Position numbers and translations under genes: made by a program. A stretch of 64,000 nt of DNA. Source: Candidatus Zipacnadia bacterium (lineage in GTDB: Bacteria > Armatimonadota > Zipacnadia > Zipacnadales > UBA5352). Shown here piece after piece: positions 1-9,441 of the stretch. The stretch's first letter is position 1. Each line of letters begins with the position of its first letter. The stretch is from contig JALGSU010000021.1 of assembly GCA_029821735.1 (NCBI GenBank), positions 77,993 through 141,992 of the forward strand, given 5' to 3'. Below the pieces are notes generated by a model that had not been told where the DNA came from, did no database searches, and was given only the letters and a program-made list of their open reading frames with translations.

Positions 1-628
1 TGCAGCCGGACGTGAGCAGGGCCGCGAGCAGCGTGAGAATGATGGCGATCAGGCCGGGCAGGATGAAGTTAACGCTGCGCAACTCGGGGTTGTAGAGCAC
101 ACGCGGCTCGACCGTCAGCGGCGGCGCGAGTCTTCCGGCGGGTATGCCCGCCCGTGTGGCGTACTGCACCCTCACGTCGGCCGAGTAGATGCGCATAAGC
201 CCCTCGATGTACCCGAGGGCGGTGCTGGCGGTGGTTGAGTCGGCACCGTCGAGCAGTATCTGCACCTGCGCGTGGCGACCAGCCCCGAGTTCCTCGCCGA
301 AGCCCGGATGGATCACCATCACGAAGCGCACGCGGCCCTGCTCGATGAGTTGGTCGATGCGGGCGCGGTCCTCAATCGCCTCAGTGAGAGTGAAGTAGTC
401 GCTGCGCGCGAGGCGGTTGACCAGGTCGGCGCTGCGCTCGGTGCGATCGAGATCGTAGACCGCAAACTTGAGTTCGCGCAGGTCGAAGTTGACGCCATAG
501 CCGTAGAGCAGCAGCAACAACACTGGGAGCATTATGACAACGGTCAGGCTGCGCGGGTCGCGGTAGTTGTGGCGCCACTCGGCGGAGGCGATGGCGAGCA
601 TGCGGCGGACGGCGCGGGGGCATCTCAT
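1..628 (-). CDS. ABC-2 type exporter permease, YbhS/YbhR-like (partial, runs off window start)
   Basis: Manual translation from ATG 628: MRCPRAVRRMLAIASAEWRHNYRDPRSLTVVIMLPVLLLLLYGYGVNFDLRELKFAVYDLD... Overlaps the stop of the upstream ATPase (ATGA). Confidence 0.85.
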   Translation of the reverse strand, partial: MRCPRAVRRMLAIASAEWRHNYRDPRSLTVVIMLPVLLLLLYGYGVNFDLRELKFAVYDLDRTERSADLVNRLARSDYFTLTEAIEDRARIDQLIEQGRVRFVMVIHPGFGEELGAGRHAQVQILLDGADSTTASTALGYIEGLMRIYSADVRVQYATRAGIPAGRLAPPLTVEPRVLYNPELRSVNFILPGLIAIILTLLAALLTSGC

Positions 629-1572
629 GTGCCTTCGCCCTGCTCATGGTCGCCGACGAGGGCGACGAACACGTCTTCGAGCGACGCGGCACCCGGTGAG
701 ATGTGCGCGACAGTGGTGCCAGCGTCACGCAGTACCTGCGCAATCGCCGCAGGTGGGTCGGCGAGGCCGTCGGTGACTCGCAGTCGAAGCTGGGCACCCG
801 AGAGCGATGCATCGAGCGTGAAGTCGCTGGCCGAGAGCGCGGCCAGAGCGGGCAGCAGTGGCTCGGCGTCGACCTGCCAGAGCCCGCCGGCGAGCCCCGC
901 GCGCAAAGCTGCCGGCGTGTCAAGAGCGATCAGCCGTCCTCGGTCGATCATCACCAGGCGGTTGCAGCGTTCAGCCTCCTCCATCGAGTGGGTGGTGACG
1001 AGGACGGTTGTGCCGTCGGCGGCGAGATCGGCGATCACATCCCAGAAATGCTGGCGGGTCGCCGCATCGACGCCGCTGGTAGGCTCATCGAGGAAGAGGA
1101 TGGGCGGTTCGTGCACGATCGCGCAGGCGAGGGCCACGCGCTGACGCCAGCCGGTGGAGAGCGTGGCAGTGAGTTGGTCGCGAATGGGGTATATCTGCAG
1201 ACGTTCAGAGAGCGCCGCGATGCGGTCGGCCCGGCCCGCCGATGGCAGGCCATACAGGCCCGCGTAGAACTCGAGGTTCTCGTGACACGTGAGGTCGGGA
1301 TAGAGCGAGAAGAGTTGAGGCATGTAGCCGATGCGGCGGCGCAATCGCTCGGCCTCGCGGGTGGCATCGAGGCCGGCCACCTGTGCCGCCCCATCGCTCG
1401 GCAGGAGCAGGCCGCAGAGCATGCGGATGGTGGTGGACTTGCCGGCTCCGTTCGGGCCGAGGAAGCCGAAAATCTCTCCCTCGCGGATACTGAACGTGAG
1501 ATGGTCGACGGCCACGAAGTCGCCGAAACGGCGCACCAGATCGCGGACCTCGACTGCGAGGCGGTCACCCAA
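625..1572 (-). CDS. ABC transporter ATP-binding protein
   Basis: Walker A GPNGAGKST, signature variant LSTGWRQ, Walker B LFLDEPT, H-loop VTTH. Confidence 0.95.
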   Translation of the reverse strand: MGDRLAVEVRDLVRRFGDFVAVDHLTFSIREGEIFGFLGPNGAGKSTTIRMLCGLLLPSDGAAQVAGLDATREAERLRRRIGYMPQLFSLYPDLTCHENLEFYAGLYGLPSAGRADRIAALSERLQIYPIRDQLTATLSTGWRQRVALACAIVHEPPILFLDEPTSGVDAATRQHFWDVIADLAADGTTVLVTTHSMEEAERCNRLVMIDRGRLIALDTPAALRAGLAGGLWQVDAEPLLPALAALSASDFTLDASLSGAQLRLRVTDGLADPPAAIAQVLRDAGTTVAHISPGAASLEDVFVALVGDHEQGEGT

Positions 1573-2497
1573 CGCGCTCGCCCCCCGTGCTGATGGCTAG
1601 CAACGCGTCGTCGAGGCGCGGCTCGGTATCGGCGATGTCCAGCACCTCGATCGCGCGATCTGTCAGGAGAGTGCGCAGAGCGTCCGGGCAGGTATCGTCG
1701 GGCACGGCTGCGCGCAGGACTTCGCCGAGGACCGCGATCGGACCAGCACCGGGGAGGGTGCGCAGAACATCGCGGGCGCGCGTCTGGTCAGCGACGCGCA
1801 GCTCGATGATGCGCTGCACGTGCCGCCCCACCAGCTCCTGAGGCGTGCCCACGTCTACCGCCCGGCCCTCGAGCATGATCCCGAGACGTGCGCAGCGTTC
1901 CGCCTCATCTGCGTATGGCGTGGCTACCAGCACCGTGACGCCCTCGGCTGGCAGACCGTAGATGATGCGCCACAGGTCGCGGCGAGATACCGGGTCCACG
2001 CCACGAGTCGGCTCATCGAGCAGGAGCACCGTTGGCCGGTGGATGAGGGCGCAGATGAGCGCGAGTTTCTGCTTCATGCCACCGGAGAGCGCCATGGCTC
2101 GACGGGCGGTGAAATCGGCGAGCCCCGTGGCGGCAAGCAGCTCATCGGCGCGCGGGGCGATGTCAGCATGGGGCACGCAGTATAGATCGGCGAAGTAGTG
2201 AATATTCTCAGCGACGGTGAGATCGCCGAGGAGCGCGAAGGTCTGGGGCAAGTAGCCCAGCAGGTGGCGCACGCGCTCGGGCTCGGTGGCGACGTCCACT
2301 CCGGCGAGAGCCACCGCGCCGCCGCTCGGGCGCAACAGGCCTGCCATCAGGCGCATGGTCGTGGTCTTGCCAGCCCCATCGGGGCCGATGAGGCCGAATA
2401 TTTCGCCGGTGCGCACGCGCAGGTCAAGCCCGGCGACTGCCTGGATGTCGCCGAAGTGGCGCGCGAGGCCGTCGGCGTGGATGGCGAGGTCAGTCAA
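1565..2497 (-). CDS. ABC transporter ATP-binding protein
   Basis: GPDGAGKTT, LSGGMKQ, LLLDEPT. The degenerate H-loop (ATPY) resembles the N-terminal half of YbhF. Confidence 0.95.
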   Translation of the reverse strand: MTDLAIHADGLARHFGDIQAVAGLDLRVRTGEIFGLIGPDGAGKTTTMRLMAGLLRPSGGAVALAGVDVATEPERVRHLLGYLPQTFALLGDLTVAENIHYFADLYCVPHADIAPRADELLAATGLADFTARRAMALSGGMKQKLALICALIHRPTVLLLDEPTRGVDPVSRRDLWRIIYGLPAEGVTVLVATPYADEAERCARLGIMLEGRAVDVGTPQELVGRHVQRIIELRVADQTRARDVLRTLPGAGPIAVLGEVLRAAVPDDTCPDALRTLLTDRAIEVLDIADTEPRLDDALLAISTGGERVG

Positions 2498-2507
2498 GGT
2501 GGCGCCT

Positions 2508-4082
2508 TCAGTCGGTGAAGATGGTCACGTCGGCGGGCATGCCTGGTTTGAGGATGCCGCCGGGATCATCGGGGCGCACCCGCACGGCGTACACGAGCCG
2601 GGCGCGCTCGGACTTGGTCTGAATGTATTTGGGGGTGAACTCGGCCCTCTCGGCGATCCAGTAGAGAGTGGCAGTGACTGGCTCATCGTACCCGTCCACG
2701 GAAATCTCGGCGCGCTGGCCAAGCATGACCCGCGCGAGTTGTGGCTCGGGCACGTAGACCTGCACCCACAGGTCGGCTGGGTTGACGAGTGTGAGCAGAG
2801 AGGCCCCCGGCGCCGCGACCTCGCCTGGCTTGACGTTGATGCTGTCCACGATGCCCTCAACGGGCGCCTCGATCGTGTAGAAGCCCAGCGCGGTTTCGGC
2901 TTCGCTGACCGCCGCCCCGGCTCGATCCTCATCGGCAGCCGCAGCGTCCGCTCGGCGAGCAGTGACTTCAGCCTCACGTGCGCGCTGCAGAGCAACTGCA
3001 AGGGCGGCGTGGGCCTCCGCGACTTGGCGGCGAGCCACCGCGATGGTCTCGGGAGTGGCGCCGGCGCGCAGAGCGGCGAGGCGCTGGCGGGCGGCTTCCA
3101 CGAGTTGATCGGCCTGCTCCACTTGGGCCCCCGCGCCGCGCACTTCCTCGCCACGCGGGCCGGCCTGTACCAACGCGAACGCTTCGGCCGCCTGAGCCTC
3201 AGCGGCATGGGCTCCCGCCAGTTGGGCTTCGGCCATACGTATGGTCTCCGGACGCGGGCCCTCGTGGGCCAAGTCCAGCATGGCCTCGGCTGTGGCGAGG
3301 TCTTCGCCGGCGACCGTAGCCGCGGTCTGCGCGCGCTCAAGTTGATCGGTGGCGATGGCCCCCTCGGCGTGAAGCGCCTTCATGCGCTCGAGGTCAGCGT
3401 TGGCCTTCTCGGAGGACGCGCGCGCCTTTTCCACGGCTGACTGGGCTCGCTCGATATCTTGCGTCCGTGTACCAGAGCGCAACTCATCGACGCCTGCCTG
3501 GGCTGCAGCGACGGCCGCCGCTGCTCGCTCGAGTGCTGCGCGAGCGGCCTCAACTTCCTGCGGGCGTGACCCCGACTCCAGCGCGGCATGCTTTGCGCGG
3601 GCTGCCTCCGCCTGTGCCTCGGCCTGCCTGACGGCCGCCTCTGCTTCGGCGATGCCCTCTGGCCTTGTGCCCGCCAGAAGCTGGGCCAGATGGGCGTCGG
3701 CGGTGGCGACGGCATACTGCATGCGCGTGACTTCAGCGGCCAGAACTCCCATCTGTACGCTCGTCGCGGCATTGGCCTGGTCGGCGGTATGAGCGGCGGC
3801 TGCCCGACCTGCCTCCGCCTGGGCAAGTCTCGCCTCAGGCGCGCCGCTGTCGAGATGCACGAGCACATCACCGGTCACAACCGCGCTGCCCTCCAGCACC
3901 GTAAGGGCCACGACGCGGCCACCCGCTTCCGAGGCGATCTGGAGGGTTCGCGCGTCCACCGTACCTGAGAGGAATAGGCGTGTGGGGTCGGTGATGCGGG
4001 AGAGACCAAGGAAGTGCCAGGCCAGGAGGCCGGCGACGACGACAATGAGCACAACGATAAGCACTCGGCGCTTCGCAGGCAT
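2508..4082 (-). CDS. HlyD/YbhG-family membrane fusion protein with extended coiled coil
   Basis: N-terminal TM anchor, lipoyl halves (GGRVVALTVLEG, APVEGIV), C-terminal AEFTPK...LKPGMPADV. Confidence 0.92.
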   Translation of the reverse strand: MPAKRRVLIVVLIVVVAGLLAWHFLGLSRITDPTRLFLSGTVDARTLQIASEAGGRVVALTVLEGSAVVTGDVLVHLDSGAPEARLAQAEAGRAAAAHTADQANAATSVQMGVLAAEVTRMQYAVATADAHLAQLLAGTRPEGIAEAEAAVRQAEAQAEAARAKHAALESGSRPQEVEAARAALERAAAAVAAAQAGVDELRSGTRTQDIERAQSAVEKARASSEKANADLERMKALHAEGAIATDQLERAQTAATVAGEDLATAEAMLDLAHEGPRPETIRMAEAQLAGAHAAEAQAAEAFALVQAGPRGEEVRGAGAQVEQADQLVEAARQRLAALRAGATPETIAVARRQVAEAHAALAVALQRAREAEVTARRADAAAADEDRAGAAVSEAETALGFYTIEAPVEGIVDSINVKPGEVAAPGASLLTLVNPADLWVQVYVPEPQLARVMLGQRAEISVDGYDEPVTATLYWIAERAEFTPKYIQTKSERARLVYAVRVRPDDPGGILKPGMPADVTIFTD

Positions 4083-4163
4083 GGTCGCCTCTCCGTGACA
4101 AGAGTCAGGTCCGCAAGGAGTTTCGGCGCCGGGAATGCCGGGACCTCTCGCGGTCCCCTCGCG

Positions 4164-5486
4164 CTACCGCGTGATCGTCTCGGCGAAGCTGTCCAGATCG
4201 CCCTTGGACCTGTCGGAAAGGCCTGCTATCGTGATGTAGGGGAAGGAGAGACGCAGCAGGCTGTCCGTGATGTAGACGATGCCGTGGTCGCCCGCGTCAA
4301 GGCCATGACTGTTCTTGAGCATCCAGATACCCTCAGCGGACGTGCCCGTCTGGCCGTAGCCGATCAGGAGCACGACATGCCCACCGGCGTAGTAGTCCTC
4401 CCACGTCGCCACCTCGTCAGCGGTCAACGCACGCTCGTCGCCCACCTTCACATCGCGCACTGCGAATGGGTAGTCGTCAGCCACGTAGTAGAGAGACATG
4501 GTGTCATTGGCCAGCGCCAGCGTTGGCCAGACGAAGCTGCACGGTACCGGGCGCCCTTCGGCGATCCATTCCTTCGCCACGCGAAGGGCTTCATCCACAT
4601 CCTCGCTGATCCCCTGCAGCTTCTGGCAGGTAATGCGCGGCAGAGGGCCGTCCGGCGCCAGCAGTTCTCTGAAATCGCGGACGCTCTGCGGAGGCTGCTT
4701 ATCCCTCTCGCAATGCCCCCACAACTCCCAGGCACACTTCCCTTCGGCCGCGAACCGGTCGCCGGCGGGGTATTTCGGCACCGGAGGGGCGCCGGTCATG
4801 ACATCGGGCCAACTCTCCGGGTCGTAGGGCCACCATGCCTCGTACGGAACAGCCGTGCTCTGCACCTGCTCCAGGTCGTAGTATGCGAAGTGGCCTTCGT
4901 CAGTCAGCCGCCGCGTGCCATAGCGCTCATACTTGTCCTTCATGGCGCGCCATGACATCCATTCGTCTGAGAGATCGAGTTCGGCGAGGTGCTCGGGGAC
5001 ACCCGCTTGCATCAGACGACGCTTGGCGAGTGATTCCAGCAGCGCGATGCTCGCGAAGGCGTGGCACATGCCGCGACCGTTCTGATCGCGTACGGGCGTC
5101 GTGTATCCGTAGCAGTGCACGAACTGACTCATGGGGAACTCGTCGAACTCGATGTCCCTGAGGCGCTCAGGATCCGGTTCGGTTGGGTCTGCGGCCATGT
5201 TGCCGCCGCCGCGAGCCCGCCACTCGCGTTCGTAATCGTCCATGGGAATCAGCGCTTTGGCCTGGCCGTTCTCGTAGACGATGAACGGTCGCCCGGCGCG
5301 CTGCTCGGTCGTGTAGGGCTGGATCGTCTTGTGCTGCAGCAGTGAGACGGTGGCCTGTTGCTGAGCGGTGGTGGTGATGACCGCCGCGGCCGGCCCGCAT
5401 CGGACCTCGACCTGTTGGGCGGACGCGCCGACGCACGTCACCGCGAGCGCCACGACGATCACCATAGTGCCCGTTATCTCTCGCAT
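4164..5486 (-). CDS. Secreted papain-like (C1) cysteine peptidase
   Basis: Signal peptide; DQNGRGMCHAFAS (Gln/Cys), DLSDEW, GGHVVLLIGYG (His), LKNSHG (Asn), GDHGIVYI. Confidence 0.85.
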   Translation of the reverse strand: MREITGTMVIVVALAVTCVGASAQQVEVRCGPAAAVITTTAQQQATVSLLQHKTIQPYTTEQRAGRPFIVYENGQAKALIPMDDYEREWRARGGGNMAADPTEPDPERLRDIEFDEFPMSQFVHCYGYTTPVRDQNGRGMCHAFASIALLESLAKRRLMQAGVPEHLAELDLSDEWMSWRAMKDKYERYGTRRLTDEGHFAYYDLEQVQSTAVPYEAWWPYDPESWPDVMTGAPPVPKYPAGDRFAAEGKCAWELWGHCERDKQPPQSVRDFRELLAPDGPLPRITCQKLQGISEDVDEALRVAKEWIAEGRPVPCSFVWPTLALANDTMSLYYVADDYPFAVRDVKVGDERALTADEVATWEDYYAGGHVVLLIGYGQTGTSAEGIWMLKNSHGLDAGDHGIVYITDSLLRLSFPYITIAGLSDRSKGDLDSFAETITR

Positions 5487-5555
5487 CGATACCACCTCGG
5501 AACTGGCGTTTGTTCTCGATGCTCAACCGTGTTCGCGCCGGATGTCAGCCATGCG

Positions 5556-7118
5556 TCAGTAACGCATCTCACAGCCGTTGCGTGTGCGCAGGACGTAGGT
5601 GCCATCGTCCTCGACGTTCACGGCGATGTCGGAGGTGCTCTGATCGCAGTCGAATCCTGACCAGTCGAGGTCGAAGCCGTGGCCACGGGTCATCAGGCCG
5701 GCGATGTCATACGAGCGCATGCCACCGGGCATCACGTAGTCGTTCGGGTCAGCGGGCACATGGCCCTCATACCACGCAGGCCCCTTGGCGCCGAAGCAGT
5801 CGAGGTCGATGATCCAGAGGCCTTCGAGGCCCTGCCCGCCTCTGTGGGGCTTGAAGAAGCCGCGGCAGAGCGTGCCGGACGCGGTGCGGAAGGTGAGCAG
5901 CGCGGGCTCATCGGGATAGCGACCAGTGTGCCCAATGATTGAGTTGCCGCCCTCGTTGATCGGGAACTGGGTGCGAGTGGTGTAGTCCGGGTTGTCGAAG
6001 TGATCGCGGATGTTGGTTGACGTCATCATGTCGTAAGCCTTGTAGAAGCTGAAGGTCGGGCGTAGGCCAATGCTTGCGTATTGCTGGTTGGCGGGGCCGC
6101 GGGCTCGCAGGTGGAACTCAGGATCTTTGGTGGCCAGCGGCGCTTCAGGCGTGTTGAGCCACAGCCCCACGATCCCGTTGCCGTCGAAGTCGGTCACTGG
6201 CGCAGCGTGGATCCAGGGAGCCTGCGTGATGTGTGCACCGAACGTCGCGTCATCAAAGACGCAGTCGAACGTGATCGGGAAGCGATCCGTGATGTCGTTG
6301 ATATGATAGGCGAAGTTCACCTGGTAATAGCCGCGGAACGGTGATGAGATGTTCACCACCCGCAGGTTGGTCACGCGGTTTTCGCGCTCGGTCGCCTCTA
6401 CAGTCACCTCAACTTCGCCGACTCCTGGGTCGTCATTGTCCGGGTGCTCGATGTCGGGCATGTTCTCGCCGATGGGAAGTTCGGCCTCTGCTGCGCCCTC
6501 CTGCGAGACAGCCATGTGCAGCGTCATCCAGTTGATGAGGCGCTTGTCCCGGAGGGCGTCGATGAGTTCGCGCGTGCCAGCGCGGGTGAGGGCGGCGACG
6601 TAGCGGCGATAGATGGCCACCCGGGTCAGATCGACGCGATTGTCGACCTCGTCGACGTCCGCGCCGAGGGCAGCGGGAACGTCAGGCGCTGTGCCCGCAG
6701 GCACGCCCGTTGTGCCTGCGGCCTGGTGCAGCGGGAAGCGCCAGTTTACAGCGAAGGTGCGGCTGAAGAAGGGCCGCTGCATCTGATGGCCCGCAGCGAC
6801 GAAGCCGATGATGAGCGTGTCGACTTCCAGCGGCTCATCACCCTTGCGGGAGACCACGAACTCGGCGAACTGCTCGGCATCGGACTGGCCGATCACAACC
6901 GCTCGCGGCCCGATCTCGAGCTGCCTGTTCAGGGCGACGGGCTGGGCTCGGAGCAGCATCTCGGCCGGGGTGTCGCGGGAGGTGAGTTGGTAGGCCACCT
7001 GCACGCGCATAGTGTTCTGGTTGTCGACGCGCGTACTGCGGATGTCGACCATGTCGGCGGAGACGAGCGTGACACATAGCGCGGAGAGGATACAACACGA
7101 TCTGAGGCAGGCTTTCAT
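5556..7118 (-). CDS. Hypothetical secreted protein
   Basis: Long ORF with SD GGAGG before MKACLRS, a hydrophobic N-terminus and no recognised domain. The ORF extends upstream to 7163. Confidence 0.75.
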   Translation of the reverse strand: MKACLRSCCILSALCVTLVSADMVDIRSTRVDNQNTMRVQVAYQLTSRDTPAEMLLRAQPVALNRQLEIGPRAVVIGQSDAEQFAEFVVSRKGDEPLEVDTLIIGFVAAGHQMQRPFFSRTFAVNWRFPLHQAAGTTGVPAGTAPDVPAALGADVDEVDNRVDLTRVAIYRRYVAALTRAGTRELIDALRDKRLINWMTLHMAVSQEGAAEAELPIGENMPDIEHPDNDDPGVGEVEVTVEATERENRVTNLRVVNISSPFRGYYQVNFAYHINDITDRFPITFDCVFDDATFGAHITQAPWIHAAPVTDFDGNGIVGLWLNTPEAPLATKDPEFHLRARGPANQQYASIGLRPTFSFYKAYDMMTSTNIRDHFDNPDYTTRTQFPINEGGNSIIGHTGRYPDEPALLTFRTASGTLCRGFFKPHRGGQGLEGLWIIDLDCFGAKGPAWYEGHVPADPNDYVMPGGMRSYDIAGLMTRGHGFDLDWSGFDCDQSTSDIAVNVEDDGTYVLRTRNGCEMRY

Positions 7119-7281
7119 GCTCACGTCAGCACCCTCCAGACTGGTAATGCACTGACGCTGCATGACACAGCGTCCGCTTCTGAGGTGGCTGCAATTGAGC
7201 TGCCGTTAGTTGTCGTTCGCAGATGCGCCTGCGAAAGTTACCCAAGTCTTCGGGCTGGAGGTCTGGACTCCTGCCCCGATT

Positions 7282-9321
7282 CTATAGACCCAGGCTCACG
7301 TAGTACCTGACGCATATGGTCGGGTCGAGGAAATAGTTGATGATGATACGCCAGATGATGCCGCCGATAATCACATGCCCGAAGAACAGGCCTATGAACG
7401 CAGGCACGACCTTGCGGTAGGCTGGCAGGCTGCCATAACGCAAAGTCAGGCGCTGGGCAATCCATGCGACGAGGAATGGGGCCCAGTACGGAGAGCCGTC
7501 CATGTAGAGGGTGCCCATAATCACCCCCAAGGGGTGGAATGGGAAGTTGGCGATGGTGGTGCGCAGCAGCGTGACGGCCAGCGTCAACAGGAAGCCGCCA
7601 CCGTAGAACCCCAGGCGCGTGTAGTCTGGGCCGGCGGGATTATCTATCGCCCGATCGAGCATGCTGTAGTTCCCGCGCGACCAGTTCAGCCCCCACGCCC
7701 GGCCGGCCCGACCGGTCTTCGCTCCGATGAGCCCGTGACCATACTTGTAGGCGACGTCGAGGTGATACCAGAAGGCCATCGCCATGCCGACGACCGCGAT
7801 TATGAGGATGATCCAGGCAGCCGAACGGCGTTTCGCTGGGGCGTGATCGACCAGCCGCAGACCGTCTGCCATGGCCTGGCCGGCGGTGTGAGCGAACACC
7901 GTGCGGCCGATCCAGAACAGGGAGTAGTACAGCACCATCGGGCCGGGCTCGCCTACCCCGCGCAAGAATCGAGTGCCGAGAATCTGTTCGGGCACGCGAG
8001 TGTCAAAGCCGTAAGGGTGGCACCATTGGACTGGTGGGCCGGCCTCCGCGCGGATTCGGGCCGCTATGAGCACGAACATGTAGAGGCTCAGGAAGTAGTA
8101 GACGAGCAGGTCGGTCCGGTGACCGGCAGAGGACATCATCCAGATCATGCCGACCGTCGCCGCGATGAATCCGAGGCCGAGAACGCGGTAGCTGAAGGCC
8201 TCGTTGCGGTCATACTCGCCCGGGCCCTTGACGATGCTGTTGAACATGCGCTTGAAGTGCCCGCGGGAGGCGTAGAGCATGTAGCCCGTGAAGGCGATGC
8301 TCGCGCCCGCGCTCACCTCGTGCCAGAAGGGGAAACCTGATCCCTGGTAGCCAGCCTGGCGGCCGATGATCTTGACTAGCTTCATGAAGAAGTAGAAGAA
8401 GAGCGTGGAGCCCAGCACCTCGCCGGAAACGAGATACGACAGCCCCCAGACTTCGAGCGCGTTGTACCAGTTGAGCGGCCGCAGATACCGCAACGGCCCT
8501 TCGTGCACGCCGGTGAGGAGCCTGAAAACACGTGGGATCTCCGGGATGGCCGGAACGAAAGCGTGCCCGATGTTGATCAGGTTGTACAGGGCGGCGATGC
8601 CGAAGCCGATCCACATGACCGGATTTCGGAAGAAGCCCACGCCGCGCGCGGAGCCTGACGAGCCGCCGGTGATCTCCAGTGGCAGGTAGAGCATCGGGTA
8701 GCTGAGGCGCTCTGACTCCGCCCACTGGTGCCGGAACATGCCCACCAGCGCGAGCACGGCGAAGATCAGCAGCGTATTGAACGCGCCCCACCACGCCAGT
8801 GGCCGCCACCAGACCTCCCACGGGACGATGCCCGAGCGCGTGCCCTCGAAGAACCCGTTGATGGCCCACTGCTCGGTCGGCGCGTAGAAGCTCGGGTAGT
8901 GCTGGAAGAGCGCGGCGAAGTTGTTGGTGTCATCTCCGTAGTAGGCGGGGAAGAGCAGGTAGTGGAAGACATAACCGGCGCGGTCCATCGTGATACCGAC
9001 GCACATGCCCGCGTAGATGAGCAGAAGCTCCGCGCGAGACAAGGGGGCGAGGAATGCGGGCAGGCGTCTGGCTCGATTGAGGGCCCCGAGCACCATGTTC
9101 CCGCCTTGGAGGATGAGCAGGAAAAGGATGGCCTGCACCGGTGGCACGATGTAGGGCAGCCAGTTAATGCGGAAATACCCCAGCCGGTTAACCCCGATGA
9201 AGGAGATGACGGTGAGGACGATGGCGATCACGACGGCGCGAACGGTCAGGCCAGCTATATGTTGAGGGGCCGCCTGCAGATCATCCGACGACTCAGGCTG
9301 GCCCTGGGGCACATGGCTCAT
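7282..9321 (-). CDS. DUF6785/DUF6784 polytopic membrane protein (putative peptide transporter)
   Basis: Family-like motifs LSRAELLLIY, VPWEVWWRPL, QWAESERLSYPM, RIRAEAGPP, FPFHPLG, PAFIGLFFG; many TM segments. Confidence 0.8.
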   Translation of the reverse strand: MSHVPQGQPESSDDLQAAPQHIAGLTVRAVVIAIVLTVISFIGVNRLGYFRINWLPYIVPPVQAILFLLILQGGNMVLGALNRARRLPAFLAPLSRAELLLIYAGMCVGITMDRAGYVFHYLLFPAYYGDDTNNFAALFQHYPSFYAPTEQWAINGFFEGTRSGIVPWEVWWRPLAWWGAFNTLLIFAVLALVGMFRHQWAESERLSYPMLYLPLEITGGSSGSARGVGFFRNPVMWIGFGIAALYNLINIGHAFVPAIPEIPRVFRLLTGVHEGPLRYLRPLNWYNALEVWGLSYLVSGEVLGSTLFFYFFMKLVKIIGRQAGYQGSGFPFWHEVSAGASIAFTGYMLYASRGHFKRMFNSIVKGPGEYDRNEAFSYRVLGLGFIAATVGMIWMMSSAGHRTDLLVYYFLSLYMFVLIAARIRAEAGPPVQWCHPYGFDTRVPEQILGTRFLRGVGEPGPMVLYYSLFWIGRTVFAHTAGQAMADGLRLVDHAPAKRRSAAWIILIIAVVGMAMAFWYHLDVAYKYGHGLIGAKTGRAGRAWGLNWSRGNYSMLDRAIDNPAGPDYTRLGFYGGGFLLTLAVTLLRTTIANFPFHPLGVIMGTLYMDGSPYWAPFLVAWIAQRLTLRYGSLPAYRKVVPAFIGLFFGHVIIGGIIWRIIINYFLDPTICVRYYVSLGL

Positions 9322-9387
9322 TGAAGCCTCCGGTTCATGGTGATTGGCGAGCATTCCCCAGACCGGGGGCGATGACCTGCGCGCGTG

Positions 9388-9414
9388 TGAACCTTATCCA
9401 CGCGGCGAGCGTCA
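9388..9414 (+). promoter_or_regulatory. Putative ECF-sigma promoter
   Basis: TGAAC-N17-CGTCA upstream of the EF-hand gene. Confidence 0.4.
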
Positions 9415-9441
9415 CTTCGAGCAAACCGAGACGAGCTGGAG

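Noticed and set aside
625-2497. Two adjacent ABC ATPases as a broken gene
   Set aside because: Each has its own start and complete motifs with coupled overlaps; split YbhF-type pairs are common.
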